Source: Amoebophrya sp. A120 (taxonomy: Eukaryota; Protista; Dinoflagellata). Taken from it: a stretch of 64,000 bases of DNA. Shown in pieces: positions 32,145 through 44,200 of this stretch. A program made the position numbers and the translations under genes. Numbering within the stretch: the stretch's first letter is position 1; each line of letters begins with the position of its first letter. The notes beneath the pieces were generated by a model, which was given only the letters and a program-made list of their open reading frames with translations, searched no databases and was not told the DNA's origin. The DNA lies in NCBI GenBank assembly GCA_905178155.1, contig CAJINV010000004.1, positions 7,563,820 through 7,627,819 of the forward strand, given 5' to 3'.

Positions 32145-34551
32145 CTACTTGCGCGCACCTCGCGCTTCAGTTTTTTTCAAGAAGTTTTGTTCTTCTAAGT
32201 ACATTAGTCCGCTACGCTTCCCGACGTCCAACTCATCGTTTCCAGAGCGTTTCTGCTGCTCCAGAAACCTTTGCCAATCTTGCTCGCTTTGGCTAATAAT
32301 TGTCGCTAGCTGCCACTCGCCAACAGCCCGGTCGGCCTCCACGATTCTGACCAAGGCCTGAAACGCGGGCGCGGCGCTGAGCTCCCAATTATCAGCCTGT
32401 TTCGTCAATAAATCCTCTTCGTCAACATTCCGCGCAAGTTTCGCTTTTCTGTTTCGCTTGGAAGATGACGGCCTCGTCGTTTTTCGTTCTGTGCCCGCGT
32501 GGAGGTCCAGGACGTGCGCTCCCAGTGCCGGCGGGTCCGCCGCAAAAACTACACGCGCTTTGTCAAACGGAGCGCTGGCAGCTTCGAGCGCACCCGTGGT
32601 CAACATCGCAGCAGCGCTACTAACTCCCGCTACAACCCCGCCGTTCTGGTACACCTCTAAAACCCGCTCCGCGACAAGCCGCCGCAGCAGTTCTGCATTT
32701 GTCTGGCCGACACCTCGCTCGAGCTCTGCTCGCAGCCCCGAGGCGGAGGACGCCGGCCCGACCACATCTTTGAACGACATCCCGTCTACTTCGGAGCCGA
32801 GAATCCGCGCAACCCACAAGAGGAACTGAGCACCGCATGTGCGCGCCACCAGATTTACGGAAGCCGCGTCCTCGCTATCCCGCACCAGACTTCGGAGCTG
32901 CGCCACTGCTTGCGATGTAGACACATCAGAGGAGGCGTAGTCACGACTTCTACCGGCGACTGGGTCGTCCATTTCCAGCTGCGCAAACAGGTCTGTGTAG
33001 AAATTCTCGTGAAGAACAGCTGCACCCGTGCCAGTGGTCCCGCCGTTGTGCGTGCCTCCACCCGTAGTACGATCGTTCCCTGCAGGGCCTTGTGATAGTG
33101 GGTTATCCCCGGTACGTCGGCCTGCTTCCCGCGCGTCCTGCTGCGCGGCGGAGGTGGAGACGGTGTCCACCGTGGACGCAAAGGCCTTCACCGCGTCGCG
33201 ATCCGCAGCTCGGTGGTAGTGGTTCCGGTACGCAAACGCGACGTCCTCACGAATTTTCCGCACGTTCAGCTTCTGGTCGTGTTTGAACCTTTGCCTCGCC
33301 GGAATCGTCTTCTTCTTGCTGGTCGAATGTAAGTGAACTTCTGCAGACGCTGTTGCCAATAACCCTTTATTGTTCATCTGCTTCGCTACCACTCCTTCTC
33401 TCGACGGGGCAACATCAGGATGCTGTCGAACCACTTCTCCTCCGAGAAGCGCGGCTAGATCCAAAGCCGTCGTACGGCTCCTGCTAGGCGCAGCAGCTTT
33501 CATCCCAACAAAATCTTCTCCTAGCCACCCTCGCGAAGGTGCAGGTCGCTTGCTGGAAGAGGACAGCGCGCGGCCACCGCCACCAGGAACTAGTAAGCCT
33601 CGGCTCCTTCCACCAGCAGGTGCAGCCGAGAATACTAAACCACTTGTACGAAAACCGCCCGGCAGCTGCACGATCTTGGCTTCGTGTGGTGTCGCGCGCT
33701 CGCACCAGTTCCAGTCTCGAGAGCCGCAGGCTATGGAGCTCTCAAACGTTACGTCTACGTGTGTTCAGCTGTTAATACATGACTTGATGTCACGCTGCAA
33801 AATATACCACAAGCCACTGTCACTTCTCAATCAAGATGCTTCGCATGACAAATTCCCGAAGAACTAAACAGCATACGAACCTTTGATAATTTTGTGATGC
33901 GAGAGCTGCAATTTCGCATGCCCACCCTTGCATTCACTTTTGCTGTTCTTGCACTACAAATTCTCATGTAAATACAATTGTAATTGAAAATGTAGTGTTT
34001 GAGAATCTCATACAGGTCGTCGTCGACGTAACCGTCTGCGTTCTTTCTCCGTTTTCAAAATCGCAGGGCCCAGCTGCTGCAGGAAGTTCTTTTCTCGTTC
34101 TCTCCTTCACTCGCTCTGCCTCCGCTTCTGCCATCATCTCTTCAAAGATTTGCGCGGCCTGGAGTTGAAGGCGATTTTCAACACTTTTCGCAGTAGAAGT
34201 TGCTGTTCGCGCCACACCACGCAACTCCGCCTCTTTCATCCCGGCGTGGTCGCGCTGCTTATTTCGTCGTTCATTGTCTGTTCCATCTGTGCTGGCCACG
34301 CGCTGCGCATCCGTAGTAGTTGGTGGAAACTTTGATGTCCCTGAAGACGTCTTCTGTGCGCCGTCTTTCTCTTTTGCGGAAGACGGCTTTCGTTGTCCTT
34401 CTTTGAAGAGTCGTTTCCGCTCGCGTTCCTCGTTTTCGACGTCTTCGTCGTCCGGAACGAAGTCGGAATCGTCGTCTTCGTCCAGGTAGGTCTTGCCACC
34501 GATCGTCACGCCGCCTTGATGCCCGCGAGGGCGTTTGGAGGTTGAGGACAT
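32145..34551 (-). CDS. BCNT-domain protein (Swc5/CFDP1-like), ~706 aa, 2 exons
   Basis: N-terminal acidic DEDDDSDFVPDDED; C-terminal TIISQSEQDWQRF..DELDVGKRSGLMYLEEQNFLKKTEAR resembles the BCNT-C consensus. Confidence 0.75.
33732..34012. mobile_element. Introner family D (281 bp)
   Basis: TIRs; DR caggc/caggt; join TTTC|GSRDW. Confidence 0.85.
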
Positions 34552-35228
34552 GGCTTTTTGATTTCTTCGTCGAGATGAAATGGTCGTTTAAGCTTATGAA
34601 CATAAAAATTGGAGCCGCTTACATTAGAATAAATGTGTATGTGGCTCTTGGTAGAAGAGTACTACTACACATCATGATCATGTTTGGAAGTATGCGACCT
34701 GCCACCTTCGTCTTTTGACGCGGTGTCGGCAGTGGTCCTTTTTATTCATGTTTGTCTGTCGAATGCGTACCGTACTTTCTTCTCTCATACGTTCGCACCG
34801 TTTGGTGGTAGGGGTTTCGCTGGAACACTCATCCTGTACCTGTTCCAGGAAAAGAAACTTTATAAAAAGTTTGTTTCTGATTATGCTGTCGTGTAAAAAA
34901 ATGTGTTAAGCTGTGGTGAGGAACTACTTAAATGTGCGGGAGCCATGTACCAAAACAGGATTAGATGATCTGAAATCTTCTGAGGAACTTCTGATGTGGA
35001 GTTGCATCGCTATCGCAAGAAAACATCTCTATGACACTGAAAACCTTGACAACCCTGATAAAGGCAAAGTTTACCGATTGACAAAAAAGAAAAAACGCAA
35101 ATTTAAGTTTATTACTGTGCATCAAAAGCTATTGGATAAAAACCTTTTAGGAACATTTTCCCCGCACAAGAAGTACTTATACAAAAAATCGTAGAAGAAA
35201 ACCGCACGAACTAGCAAAAACATCTCGA

Positions 35229-38200
35229 TCACATTACGACGCAGTTCGTTGTCTCCTCTTCCTCTTTTGCTTTCTCCCTCGCGGCTTCCTCGCGCCTTCG
35301 CTCCATTAAATCCATCGCGAACATGCGTTTTTCCGCCTCCAACGCCCGGTTTTTTTCCTTGTTTGCTTCCCGGTACTGCGCGGCCGTGGCGAGGAATTTC
35401 AGGTCTGGCGGGTCGGTGACGAGCCCGTCCGTGCGGACCGCGCCGGCGATCACCGGGGGGAGGCTCCGCGGGGTCAGCTGCGGCGACCCGAGTTTGTTCG
35501 CCACCGACTCGTATCAATTGCAAAAGTGTCTGGGTCTGGAAGATTGCAACTTGTCATGCTAAATCTGAATCTGTGTTGCATGATTACCAAAGACTGTCCA
35601 CTTTTGACCTAATCGAGAGGCAGTTTCTCATGCAGGATAGGCATAAAGTGATAGAACTCTCACAGAGTCTGTCATGCTAGGTCCTACATACCAGACCTCA
35701 TGGGTCAAATAAAACCTGCATGACAAGTCTGGTACTCTTCCAGACCCACACACTTTTGCATTTGATAACTCGCGCCGAGAGGGCGGGAGGGTGGTGGTGA
35801 TCACGGAGAGCTTCGTGGAGGTGGGGGAAGGGGGTTGGTTCGGGTTGTAGAAATTGTTCTTGGGGGTGGTGTTATAAAGGGGGGAGTTCTGTTGATTACT
35901 GATGGCAGTGCCCGGACTGTAGGAGGAGGAGGACCTGGTCGTGTTGAAATTATCTCCGGGCGCCGTCGGGAACCTGCTTACTACGGAGGTGCTAGGAGGA
36001 CTAGGCACTCCTGTCGGTGTAGTGGAGTACGCATTTGCATGTGGTTGTTGTGCTGCGTAGTAGTTATTAACGTTGCCGTATAACGCAACACCGCCTCTCG
36101 GTGTGGTCAGCGGTGCCACTGGACCCAGCATACTCAACATCCCGGCTCCAGCCGGGGGAGCCTGCAGACTGCCTGCGTTTGAAGATCCGGCGAAGGTAAC
36201 TACATTTCCAGCTTGTGGTCTTGGCGTCAGTGACTGCACTGCGAGACCATTGACGTTCTGGCGGCCGACTGCCCCGCTATTTGTCGTGTCGTATCTGCTG
36301 CTCAGAAAATCTTTGGTACTAAACAGTTGAAGTCGCGAGGACCGTCCATTGGTGCCTCCACAACTCGCGTTGCTTGGAGCTGGCTCCGCACTCTTACTGC
36401 GTTGCTTTGTGCGGAGGAATGTTGACGTCGATGGATAATTGTTGTACACTACACCACTTGATGCAATCGGAGGACTCACTGGCGTGTGTGGGGACACCAC
36501 GGATGCCAACAAACTTGGTGGCGGGGTCAAGCTCCTCTGGGTTGCGTACTGTAGATTGTGCTTCGACGCGAAGAGAACGTCGTTGTAGTGCGCAGGAGTA
36601 GCTCTACTGTCGTACCCATTCGTCATTCCAAAGCTTTCCGCGTTGGTGACAATGGAGGGGATATCAGACACGATTTTGGACCGCTCCATGTACCGGCGGA
36701 ACTTGCGTTTCTGCTCCGCATATCAAATACAAAAGTGTCTGGGTTTGGAAGATTGCGAGATTTGTCATGCTTGTCTGGCATGACCAAAACGCTTGTGATG
36801 CGTGTCAAAGTAGAGACCCTTTTGCCTGGCATGCAAAAACGCAGTTTGTCATGCGAAAAACGCAACACAAAGAGGCGCAGATATTCATAAATATTTCTCA
36901 TGCTTGCCTGTGCATTACAGAGCATTCACTATTCCCAACGCAGCATTACAAGTTTCCAGACCCAGACATTTTTGCAGTTGATACCGCACTATAGTCCGCG
37001 GCAGAGGTGGGATCGGCGAAATTGATTTTCGCCTGGGGAAAGGGGACCTGGATGGGCGACACGATGTTCTGTCGATTCGCGGAAAAATCCTTGATCAGTG
37101 GCTGTTTCTTGTTCTTCGAGTTCATCACGATTATTCCGTTCGACGACGACGCGGCCCCGCTCAGTTGTAGTCCGAGTCCCTCAACAGAGTTGTTATTATC
37201 GAGAAAATTGTTTCTGCTGAAGAGATCAGTGTTTGCACCCGGTCCTCCCGGGGGAGATGCTACGGTGCCCGGAGAGAGGGTTCGCTTGGAGGAGTTCGCG
37301 ATGGTCTCGGTGTCGAACAAGAATTCTGTGTTGTTTGTTCCAGGAAAAGAAGATGAACCAGGACCAGGAGGATTATTGTTCACGATTTCCGCCAACTTCA
37401 AAGCCACGTCGCGATCGTGGACAGCGATATGCATTGCAAAAGTATCGTACTTCTCGTATTAATCATTTATTAATCGCAATCATGCAATACAAATTTCTTT
37501 CTCAAGCCAAATCCGCATCACAAGTTTCATTTCTCATGCTGAGCAAATTTGTCATGCGATTACTGATAGTACGATTACGATATAGTTTTACACTGCATAA
37601 GCGATGTTTTTCTGCAGCCCCTGTCGCACATTTGCGGCGGTGACACAGCCGGCTTTCAACCGTTGCACGGAGTTTTCGTTCAACGTGTCCATCACGTCCG
37701 GTTGCGGAAACATGTTGCTAATCTGCAGACTATGGATTGCAAATATGTCTGGGTCTGGAAACTTGTAATGCTAAAAGTGAATGGTTGTAGACGCACTGCA
37801 ATACGCAGCTACGCATGAGAAATTTATTGGCTCCCATGTCTTACTTACGTATTTCGCATGGCAAACTGCGTTTTTGCATGACAGACAAGAGGGCCTTTTC
37901 GTGTCTATGCAACACAGATTGTTCTCGAGTCATGCCAGACAAGTATGACAAACTTGCATTCTTCCAGACCCAGATCGATATTTGCAATCCATACAGACTG
38001 TGGGGCAGCGAGTTCGTGTCCAGAATTTCCGAAATTTTCTGGTTGTCGTACTTCGTACTGCTTGTGTGCCCCCACGTGCTCATCCCTAACCGGTGGTCCC
38101 ACGTGTTGTCGAGCAAATTCACCGGCTTTTTGTTGTAGAGGGTTGTCAATTCCGGTTGGTGGTTTTGCAACTGGGACGTGACGTAGGGGTTTTGTAGCGG

Positions 38201-41200
38201 AGAAGTCGGCGAGGTGTTTCTCAGGATGTTGCTCGAGGACGTGTTCTTGCTGTTGTCTTTTTTAATATTCTTTCCACTTCTACTAATCTCTTCTACTGCG
38301 TGATTCTGATTTTTCATCCCTGCTGCGGCATTAGTCATCTCATCGTGGTTAATTATATTCGCCGTGGTTTCCGCTATCGTGGACGGAATGCGCATGATGT
38401 TGTTCCGCTTGCTGTTCACGTCCATTTTGGACAGCAATTTGCTTCGCGCATACGTACTCGCGGTGCTGCCACTGCTTGGATTTTGCACGGACATCTCCTG
38501 CAGCTGCCGCACGGCGTGCTGAATATCGCCCAGATTTTTACTACTCTCCCGGTAATTAATATCGCGGCCGAAATTCTTACCGGGAGGACTGTTCGGCTGG
38601 GACAGGTACTGCTCCTCAGCCGAATACTCCGCTTCTTTCTGCAGATTCCTGCCGGCGTCGGTGAAAAAGTACTGCTCGCCCGCACTCGCCGAGGGCTGAA
38701 ACGGTATTTGCGCGTCGTCCGAGAGTTGGGAAATCTCCGTCAGCAACTGCCGGGTGGTGCGGGTTTCTAGTGTTTGCAGAGCCTCGCCCTCCATTTTTGT
38801 CATCCTCGTCGTGTTTGATAATAAATTGGGCACCTGTAGTTGTTGTATTCTTTCTTCTGCGGCAAGAACCGCAAAAGGAGCTGCAACAGCAGCACGGCTG
38901 CCAATCTCGGCCGCGTAGGTCGTGATGTTGCTCGATGAAAATGCATTTGATACTATCTTCCCTATAGTCGCCGCGCCGGCCACCGCCACCTCCCCCCGCG
39001 GGCCACAGTCCAACGTCTTTTGCTGCAGCTGCGCGCCCGGGGTCAGCGCTTTCTCCGCGGCCTTGTACTGGTTCCAAGTCGCGCTGGCGCCTTTCGAGTT
39101 GTTCTTGCGGGGACTGTTTTTATTTCCCTCCTCGTCATTCATCTGAAGTAGATTCGGGTACACCGAGGGCTCCAAGTTACGGCTTTATCAAATGCAAAAA
39201 TGTCTGGGTCTGGAAGGTGGCAACTTGTCATGGTAAATCTGACTGAATCATGGAAAAATCTGTGTTGCATGACTACCAAGAGCTGTCCACTTTTGACCGA
39301 GATAGGATGGAGTTTCTCATGCAGGATGGGCATGGCAGAGACCTCGCGGAGTCTGTCATGCCAAGTCCCGCATTCCAGACCCCATGGGTCATCGAAAATC
39401 TGCATGACAAGTTTACACTTTTCCAGACCCAGACATTTTTGCACTTGATAGGCTCTCCTGTGCGGATATTTCCTTTACCGGCGGCCGGGGGGAGTGGAGT
39501 AACAATTTGCGGCCCGTGTGGTCATTATCTGCACCAGCGCCTGCTGCTTCCTTGGACCGTCGCTGGAAATTATTATACTCGGGTGGTGGCGGCGTCGTTC
39601 TCCCGCGCGGGGGTGTAGCGGGGCAGCTCAGAGACCGTGGCGTGGAAAGAACTCCGGTGAGATTATTGTTGTCGAAAACCCCGCCGGGCGTGCCGAATTG
39701 GTAGGGTCGGCTGAAAAGATCCAAGCGTGCGGCTTGTGCCGGGGAAGGTTTCTTGCTCGGGAGTTTGTCGGCCGTGGGACTGTTCAACATGCTAGGTGTC
39801 CTCGAGGTCCCGGGGTTAGGAGAGTGGAGAAGTTGTGGAGTTGGCTTTATTTGTTCCGCCACCACCAGCTGCCCTTTGCTGTTCCTCGGACTGCTCGTGA
39901 TCTCTGAGGGCGGCGGTGTCGTACGCTGTCGTGGGGTCGTCGTCGTGGGGCCAGCACTGCTCGTGTAATTGTTGTTCGCCAGATCTTGTTTTAGCAAGTT
40001 CTGTCCACCGCTCAATCGCCGTGGCGTGGAGAATCCCCCAGCAGTGATAAATGCAGACGTGCTTTGCAACTTGGGCTGTTGCTGATCGAAATTTTTATCC
40101 ATCTTTAACATTTTCACTCCAGTAGAATTGTTCAAGGCTGTATTTGTTGTTGGGCTTCTTGGTGGGGCCGACGTCGCGGTGTTCTTGACTTGACTTGTGT
40201 CCAGGAAGAAGGTCTGTAAATCCTTCTCCAACGCGTTGATTTTATCCGATAGAGATTCCAAAGACGGCTGGGGTAGGGGTGGTGTCGATGTAGCTCTTGG
40301 GGCTTGATGAAATCCACTCTCCACTGCTGGAAGAGAAATAAACGCAAGCTGCGGCTGCACTTGCTCCCCCTCACTGAAAAACTTCATCGGCGGGCCCTGC
40401 TGTGCCTGATGTTTATTATGTACTACACCACTTGCGGCAGCACCTCCACCTCCTTGACTGGACGTAATTCCTCGTAGTTCGGAGACTTCTCTACTCCGCT
40501 GGCTTTTTTCCCGTGCTGCCGCAGCCGCCATCGACATGGAGGTGGCATTGGCAGCAAACGCGAAGACCGCGGCGTCGGTGACGTTCGGGTCCTGGATGTT
40601 GATGCGGGCGCGCTTCAGACTATCTGTCGACAGCGACTTCCGGGGATCATTTTCATTTTGCAGTAAAATGTCGTTCCTGCTGTACTTCGTGTTGTTGTTC
40701 TTCCCTTCAGCTCCTGCGCTATCGTCGTTCTCCTCAGTGCTGCTATCGTCACTGGCTTCTTCCGAGTCAAACAAGTGCGCCATGCTGTTTTCATTTTCAC
40801 CATTCTGCGACAGGTGGTTTCTAATCGCGGAGCCGAATAGGGAGCTGCTGTTGTTCTGCGAACTACTTCTTTCCTTGTTCTGGAGAAACACACTGGCACG
40901 GTCCACGGCGCTTTGCAACACGGCAAAAGTCTGCTCGCTTTCTTCGTCGTCTTGCTCCTGGTGGCTACCTGTGTTCACCACCAGAACATCATCATGATCC
41001 CCAGCGCTCCTGTTCTGCTTGCCCTCGGCAAAATGGTCCGACATCCTCAGAGTACTGCCCGTCATGGCGCTGCGCATATTAAAGAACGGGGAGGAGTGCA
41101 AGAACCCCGGTGTTGAAGATCCCCCTGGTGCAGCTCCTCCTGCCGGGCTGTTTGTACCCATTCCACTTAACAGCCCGGCCTGCTGCAATCGCTTCTGTTG

Positions 41201-44200
41201 CATCGCGTCTGCTGGGGAAGAGGACGACGGCGTGATCTTGTTGTTCCCCGCAGAGTTTATTACGTCCCCCCCCGCCGGCGGCGCGGCGACGGGATCGCTC
41301 TGGTCGTGCTGTCCTGGTTGCTGCAAAAGACCTGAGCCCGACTGCAGTTCTCGTCCTGTATCAAAAGAGGTATTCGACCGCAAGAGCCCATACCGGTTGT
41401 CTTCCTGCCTCATGAACCGCGGACTGGGCTCGCTCTTTTCCCGCTCGCGGAGCTTCACCAAGGTTAACGCCGCCTTCATGTCACCCGCACCCGCGGAGAT
41501 GTTGAAGATCCTTTCCAAAACGTCCGCATTTTCAAGCTGTCCCGAGACCGCGTAGTCATCGACATTTGCATTCGATGTTGTGGACTGCATCGACATGGTA
41601 CTATCACGCATCAACTGCCGCGAAGAGGAGTGCCTGTCTTGAGGTGCTAGTCCACCCTTGTTGCGAAATGCCAACAGCCCAGATGAATCACTGTGCGAAA
41701 AGCTGTTTGGGCCGTTTTTCGGAAGTAGGCCTCCCGCTGGCGTGGTCGTTCCTTTGCTGTTTGCCGGAGTAGACACGATGTCCACAACTCGCGGGGCGGC
41801 TTTGTTGCCACCACTTTCGCTTGCTCTACTTGGCAAAAGATTTTTATCTTCTTGTGCATCTCTAGCGCCTACTGCGTTTTCCACGGGCGCCGCTGAACCG
41901 GAGGAGTCCACCATGATCTCCCCCAAGTCGTTCAAACGCAGGGATCCGCGTATGGATGTGTCAGAGTTGAAATCGACAAAGTTGAGATAATTTGCCATGC
42001 ATAAAATGGATGCCAGTTGGAGCCGAGTTTCTAAGTGGCGCATGACAAATTTCGGCGGTCCCGAAATGCAGTTTGTCATGCTGTTTAGGCAAAGAAGAGT
42101 GATTTTCTTATGCTACTTTAGCAGCTCGAGCTGTAACCCCAAACAGGCTTACAATCGGCCTCACTTGCCTGCTCTGCAACACACGTGCCTCGGGTCATGC
42201 ATTTTATGCATTACAGATTATTTCAACTTTGACGATTTCAAGCCTGACGCTTCCATACCACGCTGGTGGAAAACACTACCTGTTGTTCCGGACGGAGACA
42301 CAGGAGTAATTCCAGCTGTACCAGCGATCCCGCTGCCATTGGTCAGCGATTTTCGCAGTGACGAAGAAGATGCTCCTGTTTGTTGTTGTTGTTGTTGTTC
42401 GAGCCCGCCGGACAACAAACTCGGACTGCTGCCCCCGGCGGACACCAAACTTCCGCCCGGAGCAGGTACAACTACCCCAGCACCACCGACGTCTTTCGTT
42501 TTCGTCCGGCTACTTGTAGTGCTGTCCTTTTGATTTTGCAACTTTTCCGACTCTTTTTTCTTTTCCGCGTCCTTCTCGATGGTCTGGTTCACCACTTCAT
42601 CGACCCCGCAACACGTGGCGCCGATGTTGGCGTGCTATGCATTGCAAATATGTCTGGGTCTGGAAACTTGTCATGCTAAAATGTGCATGATGGCAACACT
42701 TCCGAATGCAGACCAGCATGACAACTTTCCGGAGCACTTTCTCATAGGCAGCCCGCATGAGAAACTGCGTTTTTGCATGACAAAAATGGCTGCGGCTTTT
42801 GTCGGTTATGCAATACAGATTTCCCAGGAGTGTAAAGCTAGCATTACAAGTTATAACTTTCCAGACCCAGACATTTTTGCAGTCCATACGTCCACCTCCT
42901 CGACGATCTGGGCCGCGGCCATGGAGCTTTCCTCAGCGAGTAATGCATTTAACTCGTTCATGGGGTCTCTCGCCTGCGGGATGTTCATCACTCCCAGCTG
43001 CTCCAATCGGTACCTCACATCTGTCTCGTTCGCGTCCCCGAGCACCGACTCCCGCTCCGTCCGCAAGCAGGTCTGGCGGAAATGCTGCCGGGAATTCGGG
43101 ACGTTGGTCACTTCGTTGTTGTTGATCCTGCCGCAGATCTCCTCCGCCAGCTTCGCCACCCGGTTCTTTTGCAGATACGGCGCGAGACCCGACAACCCCA
43201 GCCACTCCAACTTCTTCTCCAACGGGAAGGACGACTGCCGCACGGAGTTCCGCGCGACCTCGCACACGTCAATCGTATCAAAAGGAAAAATCCCTCCTCG
43301 TCCCCATATCGAAAACGAAATTTGTGATGTTTACATGAGTACACAAATCGACTTGTAATGCTAGAAGGCCAAGAGACGCAGCTGTGGCCTCGTTTGCAGG
43401 CAATTGATCATGCTGTTTCCACTTCCACCAGCTGCCCCCTGTCATGGTGAAGATGCAAGGCTTCATCTCCACGCCAACCAGCACTACAGTCCGCATCTTT
43501 TCCCTTCTGGCATGACAAAGCTGATTTGTGGCCACAAATCTGCATCACAAATTTCTAGTTTGAGTATGGGGTGGGGGCATTTTTCATTTTGATAAATCGG
43601 CGACAGCCGCCAGTAGGTCCGGGCGACCGCGTACTCCTCTAACAAAGGCTCCCGCGTGTTGTGAAACATGACCGGGTCGTCGGTGGATAAGGTCACGTTC
43701 AAACCGCGTTTGAAAAAGGAGAAAAACGGGTTCTTCGCGTACTCCAGAAACAGCGCGTTGTTCGACTGCGGGGAGACGGAAATCCCGATTTGCGCCAGAT
43801 AATACACGTACTGCATCACGGGGGAGTGGTGCAGTCGGATCCCGTGGGCGATCGTATCCGCGAGCAGAAACCCCACGTCCAAATTCAGCAGGTCGCCCGC
43901 CTCCCCGCAGTGCGGCCGGTAGTGGAACTGGTTCAGACCGAGTTTCTCCCGGAGTAGATTCAACACCCGGATGTTCGCGTAGATAAAGTAGCTGTAGTAG
44001 GCGTAGGGTGGATTCGCGTTCTCGAAGCTCCAGTACCCCGGTTCCGTGACCAACCGGTTCCGCCTGTCTTCCGCGACCGCGGTCTGCAGCGCCACCGTGT
44101 CTTCCTGGGACTCGTCATCCACGGTGTCAAAGGCGCCGACGTGGGTTATGGGATTCTCAAATGTTACATTCTCAACTGTAGTTACATGATTTGTCATGCA

